Below, piece by piece: positions 1 to 10,015 of a DNA stretch of 46,188 bases. The position numbers were made by a program, and so were the translations under genes. Source of the stretch: Puniceicoccales bacterium (GTDB lineage Bacteria; Verrucomicrobiota; Verrucomicrobiia; Opitutales; JAIRKQ01). Every line of letters starts with the position of its first letter. The first letter of the stretch is position 1. Below the pieces are notes generated by a model. It searched no databases and was not told the DNA's origin. It saw nothing but the letters and a program-made list of their open reading frames with translations. Location of the stretch: NCBI GenBank assembly GCA_031283685.1, contig JAITBI010000004.1, positions 1 to 46,188 of the forward strand, given 5' to 3'.

Positions 1-222
1 TCCACCGGGAATTACAATTGCTATCCTCAGTTTATTACCTTCGCGCTTGGCTAAACGTCTGGACGTGCTATGAAAACAAGAGCGGAACAAAATGCGAAAA
101 AATTCACGGCATGACCAAAAAAACAGTTTTAGGGACGCTTTGATTTCACTGTTTGCATATTTTCTTTGCAAACTATCAATCCTCGATTTCAGCTTAGAAA
201 AAAACTTCGAACCCTCTATCAT
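1..222 (-). CDS. hypothetical protein, N-terminal part only (runs off left edge)
   Basis: ATG at 222-220 preceded by AAGG. 74 codons stay open to position 1 with no stop, which is unlikely by chance in AT-rich DNA. Absent from the ORF track because no stop lies inside the window. Product MIEGSKFFSKLKSRIDSLQRKY...NKLRIAIVIPGG is not recognised. Confidence 0.4.
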   Translation of the reverse strand, partial: MIEGSKFFSKLKSRIDSLQRKYANSEIKASLKLFFWSCREFFRILFRSCFHSTSRRLAKREGNKLRIAIVIPGG

Positions 223-320
223 TTGCCTTACTGTATTATTTTGGATAATATCGTAGGCAATACTATTTTTTTTATTGGAGTAAAACTTTACAATTTTTTA
301 ACCCGAGTAATTTGAAAAGC

Positions 321-1232
321 TCATGTTGAAAAATTTTCCCTAGCGAATGATGTGCGTTTGATAAACGCAGTTTTTCCACAACATCGACCTATCATGCTTT
401 CCAACGTATCGTCTTTGTTTTCTAAGGATTTATGGCTTAGACAAAAATAACCGCTTCCGCTTCCCGTAAGCATCATATTGGTACCGATGCTTCTCATTTT
501 ATAATACAGCTCACGAAAATTTTCATGTTTTGAAAAAAATATCTCCGAAAAAGTGTTATGCAGTGGCAATAATACCTGTTCCGCCACAATGGCATCTTGT
601 AGAGCTGAAAGACGCCGGTTGGCTTCTTTTTCCCCAAGATATAGATGCTGAAAGTTTTTTCGAAGTGTCCCATAGGCTTCCTTTGTGTTTACACCAAATG
701 CGGGCTTAAAAATCAATAGGTTGTAATTTCCCATGGCGGAAATTGTTTTTTCATTCATCGACCGGCAAATATCTCCAATCCCTGTCGTTATATTTGGCAT
801 ATTATAGATGAAACATGGACAATCAGCTCCCACGATTTTACCCAAATCGATCAATTCCACAGGCGACAAAATGTTTCCGCAAATTTTATTTACCACACGT
901 AATAGTGCTGCGGCGTTACTACTTCCTCCCCCAAAACCAGCTTTATGAGGTATAAATTTTTTCAACTGGACTGAGAAGTGTTGCCTCAAACCCGTTTTCT
1001 TTCGGAAAACATTGAGGGCGGTTATGATGGTATTGTTCTTTTTATTTAGGAAAGGCGCGTTGCAAATAATCTCATCGTCATCGTTTGGTGATCTAAAAAT
1101 TGTAATTTCATCTCCAAAATCGAGAGCACAATTTGCAGACAGAATGCTATGATATCCATCCTGACGTAAATCCGTAATGGCGAGAAATAAATTAATTTTA
1201 GCAGGAGAAAAAACTTTTGCTAATTCTTCCAT
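321..1232 (-). CDS. ispE: 4-diphosphocytidyl-2-C-methyl-D-erythritol kinase
   Basis: N-terminus FSPAKINLFLAI and GHMP-kinase ATP motif PHKAGFGGGSSNAAALL. Length 303 aa is typical for IspE. Confidence 0.9.
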   Translation of the reverse strand: MEELAKVFSPAKINLFLAITDLRQDGYHSILSANCALDFGDEITIFRSPNDDDEIICNAPFLNKKNNTIITALNVFRKKTGLRQHFSVQLKKFIPHKAGFGGGSSNAAALLRVVNKICGNILSPVELIDLGKIVGADCPCFIYNMPNITTGIGDICRSMNEKTISAMGNYNLLIFKPAFGVNTKEAYGTLRKNFQHLYLGEKEANRRLSALQDAIVAEQVLLPLHNTFSEIFFSKHENFRELYYKMRSIGTNMMLTGSGSGYFCLSHKSLENKDDTLESMIGRCCGKTAFIKRTSFARENFST

Positions 1233-1273
1233 TTTTTCTAAATAGTCCCTAGCTTTTTGAACTTAGTATTAAA

Positions 1274-2272
1274 TTGCCCATGAGCATAAAAATAGGAATT
1301 ATCGGGGCAACAGGAATTGTTGGATCGGAATTTATTTCGCTATTGGAAGAGCGAAAAATTTCAGTTACCGATCTCTATCTCTTCGCATCCGAAAAGTCCG
1401 ATGGAAAGAAAATACGTTTTAAAGACAAAAACATTAGGGTTGAAAAATTAGAAAAGTCAAAACTAGAGAATTTAGACTATTCATTCTTTTGTTCCAGTGA
1501 AGAAATTAGTAAAAAATTTATTCCAGTAGCAGCAGCAAATGATATCTGTTGCATCGACAATAGTGCTGCCTTTCGACTACATCGGGATGTTCCCCTCGTC
1601 ATTCCAGAAATAAATCCTCATGCCTTGGAAAATCATAAAAATATTATAGCCAACCCGAATTGTTCAACCATCATTGCGCTGATGGCTTTATTCCCACTCC
1701 ATCAGAGATTTGGACTTTCGGGTTTTTGTGTTTCCACCTATCAGGCCGTTTCCGGGGTTGGTCTTGCCGGAATAGAAGCATTAAAACAGGATATGGTCGG
1801 GAATTTCGCCCTATCCCAGGACATTTTTGGGGAACAAATATTACAAAACGCCATCCCCAAAATTGGGCAATTTTCTCTCAACGGCTATTCCTCAGAAGAG
1901 TTGAAAATGTCCAATGAGAGCAGAAAAATTTTATCCCTACAGAAATTAAAAGTTTCATCGACCTGCGTCAGATTGCCAATTCTGAGAGCTCATTCTATGT
2001 CCATAATCGCCAGATTCAGAAGCCCCTTTGACTTAGATGAAGCCGAACAAATACTATCGACCAATGAACACATTGATTATTTTCCCAATGCTTTCCCAAC
2101 ACCGTTGAAACAAGCGTGTAAAAACAATGTTGGAATTGGACGCCTCCGGAAAGATACATTTTTGAAAAACGCAGCCACAATGTGGGCAGTGGGAGATCAA
2201 ATTCGTAAGGGAGCTGCCCTAAATGCGATACAAATCATGGAACATCTCGCGCACGCCAAATACCAAGGCTAA
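1274..2272 (+). CDS. asd: aspartate-semialdehyde dehydrogenase
   Basis: Rossmann N-terminus IGIIGATGIVG, active-site region IANPNCSTI, C-terminal DQIRKGAALNAIQI. 332 aa. Confidence 0.9.
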   Translation: MPMSIKIGIIGATGIVGSEFISLLEERKISVTDLYLFASEKSDGKKIRFKDKNIRVEKLEKSKLENLDYSFFCSSEEISKKFIPVAAANDICCIDNSAAFRLHRDVPLVIPEINPHALENHKNIIANPNCSTIIALMALFPLHQRFGLSGFCVSTYQAVSGVGLAGIEALKQDMVGNFALSQDIFGEQILQNAIPKIGQFSLNGYSSEELKMSNESRKILSLQKLKVSSTCVRLPILRAHSMSIIARFRSPFDLDEAEQILSTNEHIDYFPNAFPTPLKQACKNNVGIGRLRKDTFLKNAATMWAVGDQIRKGAALNAIQIMEHLAHAKYQG

Positions 2273-2547
2273 TTTCTTTCTAGGATATAATAGGACAGAA
2301 TCTGAAAATTTTACTTCTAGATCTATGTCTCATGAAAGCCAATGGGAAAGATGGAGAAAATGAAATAAAAACCTCTCTATCTTCCTTCCTGTCATTCCTC
2401 AAATCAATGCAATTTTGCACGTTTCTAAAAAATTGATTAAATGATTGGCTAAAATGAAATTTAACCGTTGTATTCCCATGTAAATTTTATATTGGTTTTT
2501 TCGTGCTAAAAATTGATAGGAGCAACAGTGATAAAAACGTGGATCGG

Positions 2548-4026
2548 ATGGAAAAGATAGTTTCATTGATGAAGCGGAGAGGTTTCATTTTTAGATCGTC
2601 GGATATTTATGGAGGACTAAACGGTTTTTTCGACTATGGACCGCTCGGGGTGGAATTGAAACGTAATATAAAGGAAGCTTGGTGGGCGGATATGGTAAAA
2701 AGGCGTGACGACGTCGTCGGCCTAGACTGCTCAATAATTTCGCCTAGAAAAGTTTGGGAAGCCTCAGGGCATATAGCTGGATTCTCTGATCCAATGGTGG
2801 ATTGCAAAGAGTCAAAAATGCGCTTTCGGGCGGATCAACTATTTTTCGCAAATGTACTTATCGGAAGCAAATCTATAGGTTATATCTGTGTCCAAGAATG
2901 TGACAATACGACAGAGGCAGCCGAAATAGCAGCTGAAACGCTGAAGAAAAATTTAAAGAAAACAGGAACGCTACAAAAATTGGTACTCAAACCACTTACG
3001 GAAGCTTCCGATGAAGAAATGGCTTTGATTCCTTCTCCCGTGACGGGAACAATTGGAGCATTAACTCTACCGCGGGAATTTAACCTAATGTTCCAAACGC
3101 ATGTCGGAGCTGTTTCCGACGACGTCTCCGTAGCCTGTTTGCGTCCAGAAACTGCCCAGGGCACATTCGTTAACTTTCTGAACGTTATCGATACGACGCG
3201 GGTGAAAATTCCATTTGGAATTGCACAGATGGGAAGATCATTTAGGAATGAAATCACTCCTAGAAATTTTATTTTCCGCTCCAGAGAATTCGAACAAATG
3301 GAATTGGAATTCTTTATCGATGACTCGGAAGAAGCATGGCAATATTGGCATGAATATTGGATAAACGAACGTCTGAAATGGCATAAAAGTATAGGAATTT
3401 GTGAAGATTTACTAGGGCTCGATGTGCATAAAAAAGAAAAACTGGCGCATTACTCAAAGGCGTGTACGGATATCACTTTTGAGTATCCCTTTGGAGTACA
3501 GGAGCTTGAAGGAGTTGCCGCCCGGGGAAATTTTGACCTTACACAACATCAGAGTTATAGTGGACAATCGATGGAATATTTTGATGAAAACACAAAGAGA
3601 AAATATATTCCACACGTTATAGAACCCGCTGCAGGCATAGATCGCACGTTACTTGCCGTCGTTTGTTCCGCATATCACGAGGAAAAGGTTGACGATGAAG
3701 TACGCACGGTTTTGAAATTTATTCCCCGCATTGCTCCCATCAAAGTAGCGATATTTCCGCTGGTAAAAAACAATCCCGAAATCGTCGCTAGGGCCCAGGA
3801 AATACATAAAACACTTCAACGACGGTGGAATGTTTTCTACGATGTTGCTGGAACCATTGGAAAAAGATATAGAAGGATGGATGAAATCGGGACTCCCTAT
3901 TGCATAACCATTGATTTTGATAGCCTAAAAGATGGTACATTTACGTTGAGGGATAGAGATTCGATGCAGCAGGAAAGAATATCTTTGGAAAAATTAATTT
4001 TGTTGATGAATGACAAAATTTTCTAA
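2548..4026 (+). CDS. glyQS: glycine--tRNA ligase (dimeric GlyQS type)
   Basis: MEKIVSLMKRRGFIFRSSDIYGGLNGFFDYGPLGVELKRNI is the canonical GlyQS N-terminus. Class II motifs FRNEITPRNFIFRSREFEQMELEFF and EPAAGIDR are present. I prefer the ATG at 2548 over the GTG at 2503 given in the track. Confidence 0.9.
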   Translation: MEKIVSLMKRRGFIFRSSDIYGGLNGFFDYGPLGVELKRNIKEAWWADMVKRRDDVVGLDCSIISPRKVWEASGHIAGFSDPMVDCKESKMRFRADQLFFANVLIGSKSIGYICVQECDNTTEAAEIAAETLKKNLKKTGTLQKLVLKPLTEASDEEMALIPSPVTGTIGALTLPREFNLMFQTHVGAVSDDVSVACLRPETAQGTFVNFLNVIDTTRVKIPFGIAQMGRSFRNEITPRNFIFRSREFEQMELEFFIDDSEEAWQYWHEYWINERLKWHKSIGICEDLLGLDVHKKEKLAHYSKACTDITFEYPFGVQELEGVAARGNFDLTQHQSYSGQSMEYFDENTKRKYIPHVIEPAAGIDRTLLAVVCSAYHEEKVDDEVRTVLKFIPRIAPIKVAIFPLVKNNPEIVARAQEIHKTLQRRWNVFYDVAGTIGKRYRRMDEIGTPYCITIDFDSLKDGTFTLRDRDSMQQERISLEKLILLMNDKIF

Positions 4027-4087
4027 AAGTATCATCATTTAACTTGTTGTTTGTAAATTCTTATGTACAATAAGAAATCTTTACTTT

Positions 4088-4537
4088 ATGGAGTACACGG
4101 AGGCAGTAGATATAGTTTCTGAGCTTTTTAGAATAAGCCAATGGGCTAGTAATGACTACGGAGAAAAGTATGCTGTCCTAGACAGCGACATTGAGATTCG
4201 GATATTTCAGTCAGCTAGGGATAAAATGGTAATACAAGGAATGTTCGGGGAACCTGTCCAAAGCATATCGGCAGCAAATGCAAACGAAATAAAATTTCGC
4301 TATCTCCTTCAGGCTAATTTTATTAGGATTATTCGGTATGATGATGTTTTATCCATAGATAAACGCACAAACCGGTTAACCACGACGCGGCATATTTCTT
4401 TACTTGAAACTTCCACCGAAAAAGTCCTTGATGTGGTTGAGTCTTTTATCCAAAATATAGACTTTTGGGATATGGCTCTTAAAAGGAAGCAATCATTTGC
4501 TACCGTATCTCCTCTATTGAAATTTTCTCTAAAATAA
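4088..4537 (+). CDS. type III secretion class I chaperone (CesT/YscB-like)
   Basis: 149 aa, no signal peptide. Typical CesT-family pattern (IRIFQ...MVIQGMFGE...YLLQANF...LSIDKRTNRLTTTRHISL...ESFIQNIDFWD). Its stop overlaps the sctC start (TAATG at 4535-4539). It occupies the position of yscB/pscB upstream of yscC/pscC. Confidence 0.65.
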   Translation: MEYTEAVDIVSELFRISQWASNDYGEKYAVLDSDIEIRIFQSARDKMVIQGMFGEPVQSISAANANEIKFRYLLQANFIRIIRYDDVLSIDKRTNRLTTTRHISLLETSTEKVLDVVESFIQNIDFWDMALKRKQSFATVSPLLKFSLK

Positions 4538-6417
4538 TGGGAATAATAAAAAAGTTTTTTCAATTTGCATTGGTTTTCATCTATTGTGCACTCTATGCGG
4601 AGGAAAGAAATCCTGTTGGCATTTCACCATATGCTGCACTTCCCTTTTCCAAATCAAGTTACTATCACTTTGCCAAGGACCAAAATTTATCTGCCCTCAT
4701 ACAAGATTTTTTTTCCATGCAGGGTATAACCGTTGTGATCAGTGGTAGAGTAAATTATATTGTGAATGGCAGGTTCAGTAAAATGGATCCGGCAGAATTT
4801 TGGAATTACATAACCAAGGCCTATGGCTTGATTTGGTTTTTCGATGGTAAGATAATGTTTGTTTATACAAATGCCGAGCTGCAAACACAGATTTTCAGAA
4901 TGGATACGGATGGAATTGGCACATTGTCTGTAATCCTATCACGCCTAGGATTCGTTGCTTCCGATTTTTCATTCCGAGATGTTGGTGAAGCAAACGTTTT
5001 AATAGTAACTGCTCCCCCTCAGTATATTGATGTAATTAACGACATAGCAACCAAATTTGTCCCGAGTAAGATTTCTGACACCACCATTGTAAAAATTATA
5101 CCTTTAAAATACGCCTGGGCCTATGACATGACTTTTAACTATGCCAATGGTTCGATTTCCGTCCCCGGCGTTTCAAGTCTACTGCAGAGCATCGTTACGG
5201 GCCAGCAATTATCAGCGGCGTTATCCCCTTTCAATGTTAGCGTGGGAAGAAATCAGAAGCAAGTGGAATACCAGCAAATGATGGGAATACTCGACGATAC
5301 CCCTCCATACGCAAAGGACATAAATAACAATATCAAGAATATACAAAAGGATGGGAAAAATTCCAACAATGGCAAAAATGATAAATCGTCGGGAGACAAA
5401 TCATCCAATGATAATAATAGCATAGATATTTCTGGGACTTCTTTGCCTGGATTTATAACCTGTGATCAACGATTGAATGCAATAATAATTCGTGATAGGC
5501 GGGAAAATATGCCATTTTACGAAGAAATTATATCGAAACTCGATGTCCCATGCGAGGTCATAAAAATTGATGTTGCTATTGTAGACGTAAACAAATCCTC
5601 ATCCCTTGTTTTTGGGGTTTCCGGCGCCAGTGCTCCTATATTCGGCGGAAATACCGCTATTTCGATGTCAAACAGCAATATAGGTGAAGGGGGAGGGCAA
5701 AGTTCTGGTGCAAGTGGTTCAATTGCTGGGAAATTGGGTATAATAAGAAATATTGACATAAACTATGCCATTGATGCTTTGGAAAAGAGTAGTAATGGGC
5801 AGGCAGTTTCTCGGCCATCCGTGTTAACACTCGACAACGTTGCGGCAATTTTAGAAACCGATAAAGTACACTATGCCACTGTGTCGGGGACAAACAATTC
5901 AAACGCATATACCCAATCTGCAACCACCAAATTACAGGTTGTCCCACATATCATTCCTGAAGATATTGACGGGGATGGTAGGCGTAAAATGAAGCTATTC
6001 GTTGACATATCCGACGGAAGCTTTGATGCCACCCAAGACAATCAATCCAGTGCTATAACCCAACATTCCCTGAATACGCAATCCGTATTGTATGAGGGGC
6101 AAAGCTTGGTTATAGGAGGCTACGATTCGGAAATAAACCAAAAGAAGGACAGTGGCATCCCCATATTGCAACATTTACCTTTAGTTGGAACTTTGTTCAA
6201 ACATACGGATAATAGCAAGGAAGTCAAAGAGCGTATTTACGTAATTTCTCCATCCGTTGTAGAAATCCGCAGCGATGACCATAAGTATGATAGATTCGTC
6301 CAAAATGGGCAACTCACAGCCGAAGAAACCATTGAAGCTGACAATTATTCGTTAACCACCCCATGGCCAAAAGAAAAACAACCTAAACCTAAACGCTTTA
6401 GAGCAAGAATCAACTGA
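4537..6417 (+). CDS. sctC: type III secretion system outer-membrane secretin SctC (YscC/InvG/HrcC family)
   Basis: Signal peptide MGIIKKFFQFALVFIYCALYA. SctC-type N-domain (LSALIQDFFSMQGITVVISGRVNYIVNGRFSKMDPAEFWNYITKAYGLIWFFDGKIMFVY). Secretin core and C-terminal motif GIPILQHLPLVGTLFKHTDNSKEVKERIYVISP. Confidence 0.85.
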   Translation: MGIIKKFFQFALVFIYCALYAEERNPVGISPYAALPFSKSSYYHFAKDQNLSALIQDFFSMQGITVVISGRVNYIVNGRFSKMDPAEFWNYITKAYGLIWFFDGKIMFVYTNAELQTQIFRMDTDGIGTLSVILSRLGFVASDFSFRDVGEANVLIVTAPPQYIDVINDIATKFVPSKISDTTIVKIIPLKYAWAYDMTFNYANGSISVPGVSSLLQSIVTGQQLSAALSPFNVSVGRNQKQVEYQQMMGILDDTPPYAKDINNNIKNIQKDGKNSNNGKNDKSSGDKSSNDNNSIDISGTSLPGFITCDQRLNAIIIRDRRENMPFYEEIISKLDVPCEVIKIDVAIVDVNKSSSLVFGVSGASAPIFGGNTAISMSNSNIGEGGGQSSGASGSIAGKLGIIRNIDINYAIDALEKSSNGQAVSRPSVLTLDNVAAILETDKVHYATVSGTNNSNAYTQSATTKLQVVPHIIPEDIDGDGRRKMKLFVDISDGSFDATQDNQSSAITQHSLNTQSVLYEGQSLVIGGYDSEINQKKDSGIPILQHLPLVGTLFKHTDNSKEVKERIYVISPSVVEIRSDDHKYDRFVQNGQLTAEETIEADNYSLTTPWPKEKQPKPKRFRARIN

Positions 6418-6469
6418 CGTTAACGTTGTTTAATTGCTTTTTCTCCTCTTGCACCTGCATTGGTAGATC

Positions 6470-8638
6470 CTAGGCTGGTAGGTATAATCCTGTCAATCGT
6501 TTTGTCCTTTCCTTGTTTTGGGTTGCAATGGAGTATGCTCTGGGATCTCCAACGACAAACACTTTATTTTTCCCACGCGTAATGGCAGTGTACAGAAGGT
6601 TGCGCTGTAACATAACGTAATGCTGTCTCAGCAATGCAATTATTACAATGGGGAATTCACTTCCCTGAGATTTGTGTATGCTTATGGCATAGGCCAAGTG
6701 GATATCAGACAAATTCCCTCTGCTTAGGCACACAACCTCATCCCCAAATTTGGCCGTTGCCGTATGATCATCGTCATTCAAATAGGTTATATTGCCAAGA
6801 TCTCCATTAAAAATATTCTTTTCGTAATTGTTTCTTATTTGAATGATTTTATCCGCGATTCTAAACTGTGTCCAAGGGACGCCATATTCCTTTGGAATAA
6901 AGATATTTTGAAAGGTGGTATTTAAATTTTCCGTTCCAATTATTCCCTGGTGTACGGGAACTAAAACTTGCACATCGTTGATTGGGTCAATATTGTACCA
7001 CATCGGAAGGTATTTTTGACACAGGAGAGTTATCTTTTCCAGGCAGATTTCAGGGGTTTCAGCCTCTATGAAATGAAAATCGCGGGATGGATTGATGTCC
7101 CCGAAGGAATGTATTACTTCTGGACAATCTTCCACCGTATGGATGATATTGTGAGCGACGGAAACGATTTCGCTGCAAGCCTCCTGTCGAAAAATTCTAT
7201 CTAGCCGTGTGACATAAAATTTTCCAGATTTTATGATATCTCCCAACACATTTCCCGGTCCCACGGAAGGCAACTGGTCGATATCACCGACGAGCAGCAC
7301 ATGGGTGGTGGTCGGAAGTGCTCTAAACAGTGAAGCAGCCAGAAAAACATCGACCATACTTGCTTCGTCTACCACAATGAAATCCAACTTGAGCGGCATA
7401 GATTCATCGTGCAAAAATGTGCGTTCCCCAGGCTTATATTGCAGTAATCGGTGAATTGTTTGGGCAGGCTTTCCAGTGGTTTCAGAAATTTTTTGGGCAG
7501 CACGCCCCGTAGGAGCGCACAGGACGGTGTTTGCTTTTTTAGCAGAAAGAATTGTTACAAGCGAACGAAGAATGGTCGTTTTCCCAGTCCCAGGACCTCC
7601 GGTCAAGATAGATACTTTGTGGGTCAATGCGGCTTCGATGGCTGCAATTTGTCCCGGCGCAAATACCAAACTCTCACGCTTTTGTACCCAATCAATCGCT
7701 TTTTCTACCCAAATGTCAGGCAGCGTTGAACTTTTATCGAAGAGAATATTTTGTAAACATTTGGCTATGGTATCTTCCATATTTTTCAGCGATGACTTTT
7801 GTACGATTTCATTGGAAATCATGCACAACCTTCCGAAGGTGATTAACTTCTCAACGCGTTCATCTACCCTGTCGGGGGATAATTCTAACAAGATCTGCGC
7901 CGATTTTAGTAACTGTTGGCGGTAGATGCATGTATGGCCATCATCCTCGGCCAGTGACAAAATATGCATAATTCCGGCATCGATACGAGATGAATGCGTG
8001 GAAGGAATGCCCAAATTTTTCGCAATTTTATCGGCTGTTTTGAATCCCACCCCTTGCACTTCCTGGGCAACGCGATAGGGATCGGTTTCTAAAATTGTCC
8101 GTGCTCCAACACCATATTTTTCATACAATTTAATGCATAGCGCATTGGTTACATCGTAGGTCTGCAAAAAAATCATAATATCCCGTATGGCAAACTGGGA
8201 ATCCCAGGCCTCTTTTATCTTTGATGCACGCTGTTTTCCAATCCCGTCAATTTCTAACAACCGAGCAGATTCGGTCGACAAAATATTAAACGTATCTGCT
8301 CCGAAATAATCTACTATTTTCTTTGCATAGATTTTCCCAATTCCTTCGATTAATCCGCTACCCAGATAGCGCCGAATACCTTTAATATCAGAAGGCAACT
8401 TGGACTCAAACTGTTCCACATTAAACTGCTTTCCATGCTTTTCGTGGACTGTCCAATTTCCTGTTATTTCCAAGGTTTCTCCAGGCTGTACACCTGGCAA
8501 AATTCCACATGCCGTTACCTTGGTTCCCGATTTCGATTCCTTAACCTCTATGATGCTATAGAAATTAGCATCGTTTCGAAAAATAATCCTTTCGAGTACG
8601 CCTACTATTGTCGGTTTCAACTCTTCTGCCTCTGTCAC
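6470..8638 (-). CDS. recD2: ATP-dependent RecD2-like SF1B DNA helicase
   Basis: Walker A LTGGPGTGKTT, Walker B FIVVDEASMVD, LVGDIDQLPSVGPG, C-terminal YAISIHKSQGSEFP, N-terminal OB and HhH region. 722 aa. Confidence 0.85.
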   Translation of the reverse strand: MTEAEELKPTIVGVLERIIFRNDANFYSIIEVKESKSGTKVTACGILPGVQPGETLEITGNWTVHEKHGKQFNVEQFESKLPSDIKGIRRYLGSGLIEGIGKIYAKKIVDYFGADTFNILSTESARLLEIDGIGKQRASKIKEAWDSQFAIRDIMIFLQTYDVTNALCIKLYEKYGVGARTILETDPYRVAQEVQGVGFKTADKIAKNLGIPSTHSSRIDAGIMHILSLAEDDGHTCIYRQQLLKSAQILLELSPDRVDERVEKLITFGRLCMISNEIVQKSSLKNMEDTIAKCLQNILFDKSSTLPDIWVEKAIDWVQKRESLVFAPGQIAAIEAALTHKVSILTGGPGTGKTTILRSLVTILSAKKANTVLCAPTGRAAQKISETTGKPAQTIHRLLQYKPGERTFLHDESMPLKLDFIVVDEASMVDVFLAASLFRALPTTTHVLLVGDIDQLPSVGPGNVLGDIIKSGKFYVTRLDRIFRQEACSEIVSVAHNIIHTVEDCPEVIHSFGDINPSRDFHFIEAETPEICLEKITLLCQKYLPMWYNIDPINDVQVLVPVHQGIIGTENLNTTFQNIFIPKEYGVPWTQFRIADKIIQIRNNYEKNIFNGDLGNITYLNDDDHTATAKFGDEVVCLSRGNLSDIHLAYAISIHKSQGSEFPIVIIALLRQHYVMLQRNLLYTAITRGKNKVFVVGDPRAYSIATQNKERTKRLTGLYLPA

Positions 8639-8840
8639 CTATTCCCTCACGCTAATGGTTAGTGTAGCATTTTCTGCCCAAAACCTCATTGCTCTCGCCC
8701 ATGCGACTACAAGCAATGCATGCCTAATCTCGATGATGTTTTGCATGGCTGACAAAAAACTCAGTAATCCAATAATTGCAAGTGTTTAAGCAATTTCCAC
8801 AGGTTTGGACATAAATTGCGGAAAAGGGTACTATGAAAGA

Positions 8841-9854
8841 CTAATAGTTTAAAACTTTCATGCCCTGCATAATATAATTTTGTACATAATCTTTTATAGC
8901 GGCTTTTAGAGGTGTGACTGGCTGATTATATCCCAGGCTGCGCAGTTTCGAAATATCTGCACAGGTGTGATACTGATATTTATCTTTCAACTCACTTGGC
9001 ATATCGATAAATTCTATGCAAGCTTCTCTGTCCATGGCCTCAAAAATAGCAAGAGCTAATTCTTTCCACGTGGACGCTATTCCAGAACCAAGATTATAAA
9101 TGCCGTCGGTGGGTTTCCCATTGACTACTTCTGGAATTTCTGCCAAAAATATTGCCATTGCAACGGCATCTTTTACGTACAGAAAATCCCGTCTTTGTTC
9201 CCCATCCTTAAATTCCTGTCTGCCACTTTTGAACAGATACACTTTACCACTAGCAAAGATTGATTCGTAGGCCTTTAATACCATGCTGCGCATGTTGCCC
9301 TTGTGGTATTCATTAGGGCCGAAAACATTGAAATATTTCATGCCATGGACATGCAAATTATTTCTGGCAGCGTACAAATCGAAGAGGTGTTTCGAATATC
9401 CGTACGCATTCAATGGACGCAGGCCAATGTTCGGAAAAATTTCATCGGACATTCCTTGAGAACCGTCCCCGTAGGTGGCTGCCGATGATGCATAGACAAA
9501 ACGGATATGCCTGCTGTGGGCAAAATTGGCCAACGTCTTTGTGTACTCATAATTATTCTTAATCAAATAGGCTACATTCTTTTCCGTGGTCGATGAACAT
9601 GCTCCCAGGTGAAAAATATGAGTAATCGTATTTAACTTGAGATCTTTTTTTTCTACCATGTCAAACACGGTATCCGCTTCGACATAGTCGTTAAACCGTA
9701 GGGGAACAATGTTGAGAAATTTATTGTCACTGCCTAAAAAATCCGAAACAACGATATTTTCAAACCCCTTATTGTTCAATTCACTGATCAAAGCACTCCC
9801 AATGAATCCAGCACCACCTGTGACCAAAATAGTTTTTGCCTCTGAAAGTTTCAT
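8841..9854 (-). CDS. hldD: ADP-L-glycero-D-manno-heptose 6-epimerase
   Basis: ILVTGGAGFIGS, HLGACSSTTE, FVYASSAATYG, LNAYGYSK, YFNVFGPNEYHKGNMRS, RDFLYVKD. By eye these are collinear with E. coli HldD/RfaD. Confidence 0.8.
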   Translation of the reverse strand: MKLSEAKTILVTGGAGFIGSALISELNNKGFENIVVSDFLGSDNKFLNIVPLRFNDYVEADTVFDMVEKKDLKLNTITHIFHLGACSSTTEKNVAYLIKNNYEYTKTLANFAHSRHIRFVYASSAATYGDGSQGMSDEIFPNIGLRPLNAYGYSKHLFDLYAARNNLHVHGMKYFNVFGPNEYHKGNMRSMVLKAYESIFASGKVYLFKSGRQEFKDGEQRRDFLYVKDAVAMAIFLAEIPEVVNGKPTDGIYNLGSGIASTWKELALAIFEAMDREACIEFIDMPSELKDKYQYHTCADISKLRSLGYNQPVTPLKAAIKDYVQNYIMQGMKVLNY

Positions 9855-10015
9855 AGGCTTGGATGATTAAAATTTTCACACACTTAGCAATAGTCAACAT
9901 AAAACCCATGAACTATTTAGGTTGTTATCTTCTAAATACAGACATGGAAAAGATCTGAAAGGTGTGTGAGATTTTAACGTTGATTAAAGATTTGGGATGC
10001 GTATCTTGCTTGTTA

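Noticed and set aside
1-73. Plus-strand reading frames ending at 52-54 and 71-73 as the 3' end of an upstream gene
   Set aside because: Only 17-23 codons are visible and they overlap the much longer open minus-strand frame (1-222), which has a start codon and an SD-like AAGG. The minus-strand interpretation is preferred.
2273-2547. T-box or other riboswitch leader upstream of glyQS (and likewise upstream of hisS, 25667-25874)
   Set aside because: I could not find the specifier, AGAGA or T-box conserved elements, nor a terminator/antiterminator pair. The regions are simply AT-rich spacers.
2880-3257. Antisense or alternative-frame ORFs nested in large conserved genes (also e.g. 7476-7925, 10508-10918, 20031-20492, 34545-35333, 37900-38562, 40921-41268)
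   Set aside because: Each is wholly contained in a confidently recognised gene (glyQS, recD2, the phosphorylase, fabV, dnaB, rplY, the 999-aa gene). Their sequences are low-complexity shadow-like with no recognisable motifs.
4058-4076. Hairpin ttcttat-gtaca-ataagaa between glyQS and the T3SS chaperone gene (similar AT-only hairpins occur elsewhere, e.g. near 19962-19983)
   Set aside because: Stems are 6-7 bp of almost pure A-T with poor predicted stability, so they are expected by chance in AT-rich DNA. Not reported as terminators.
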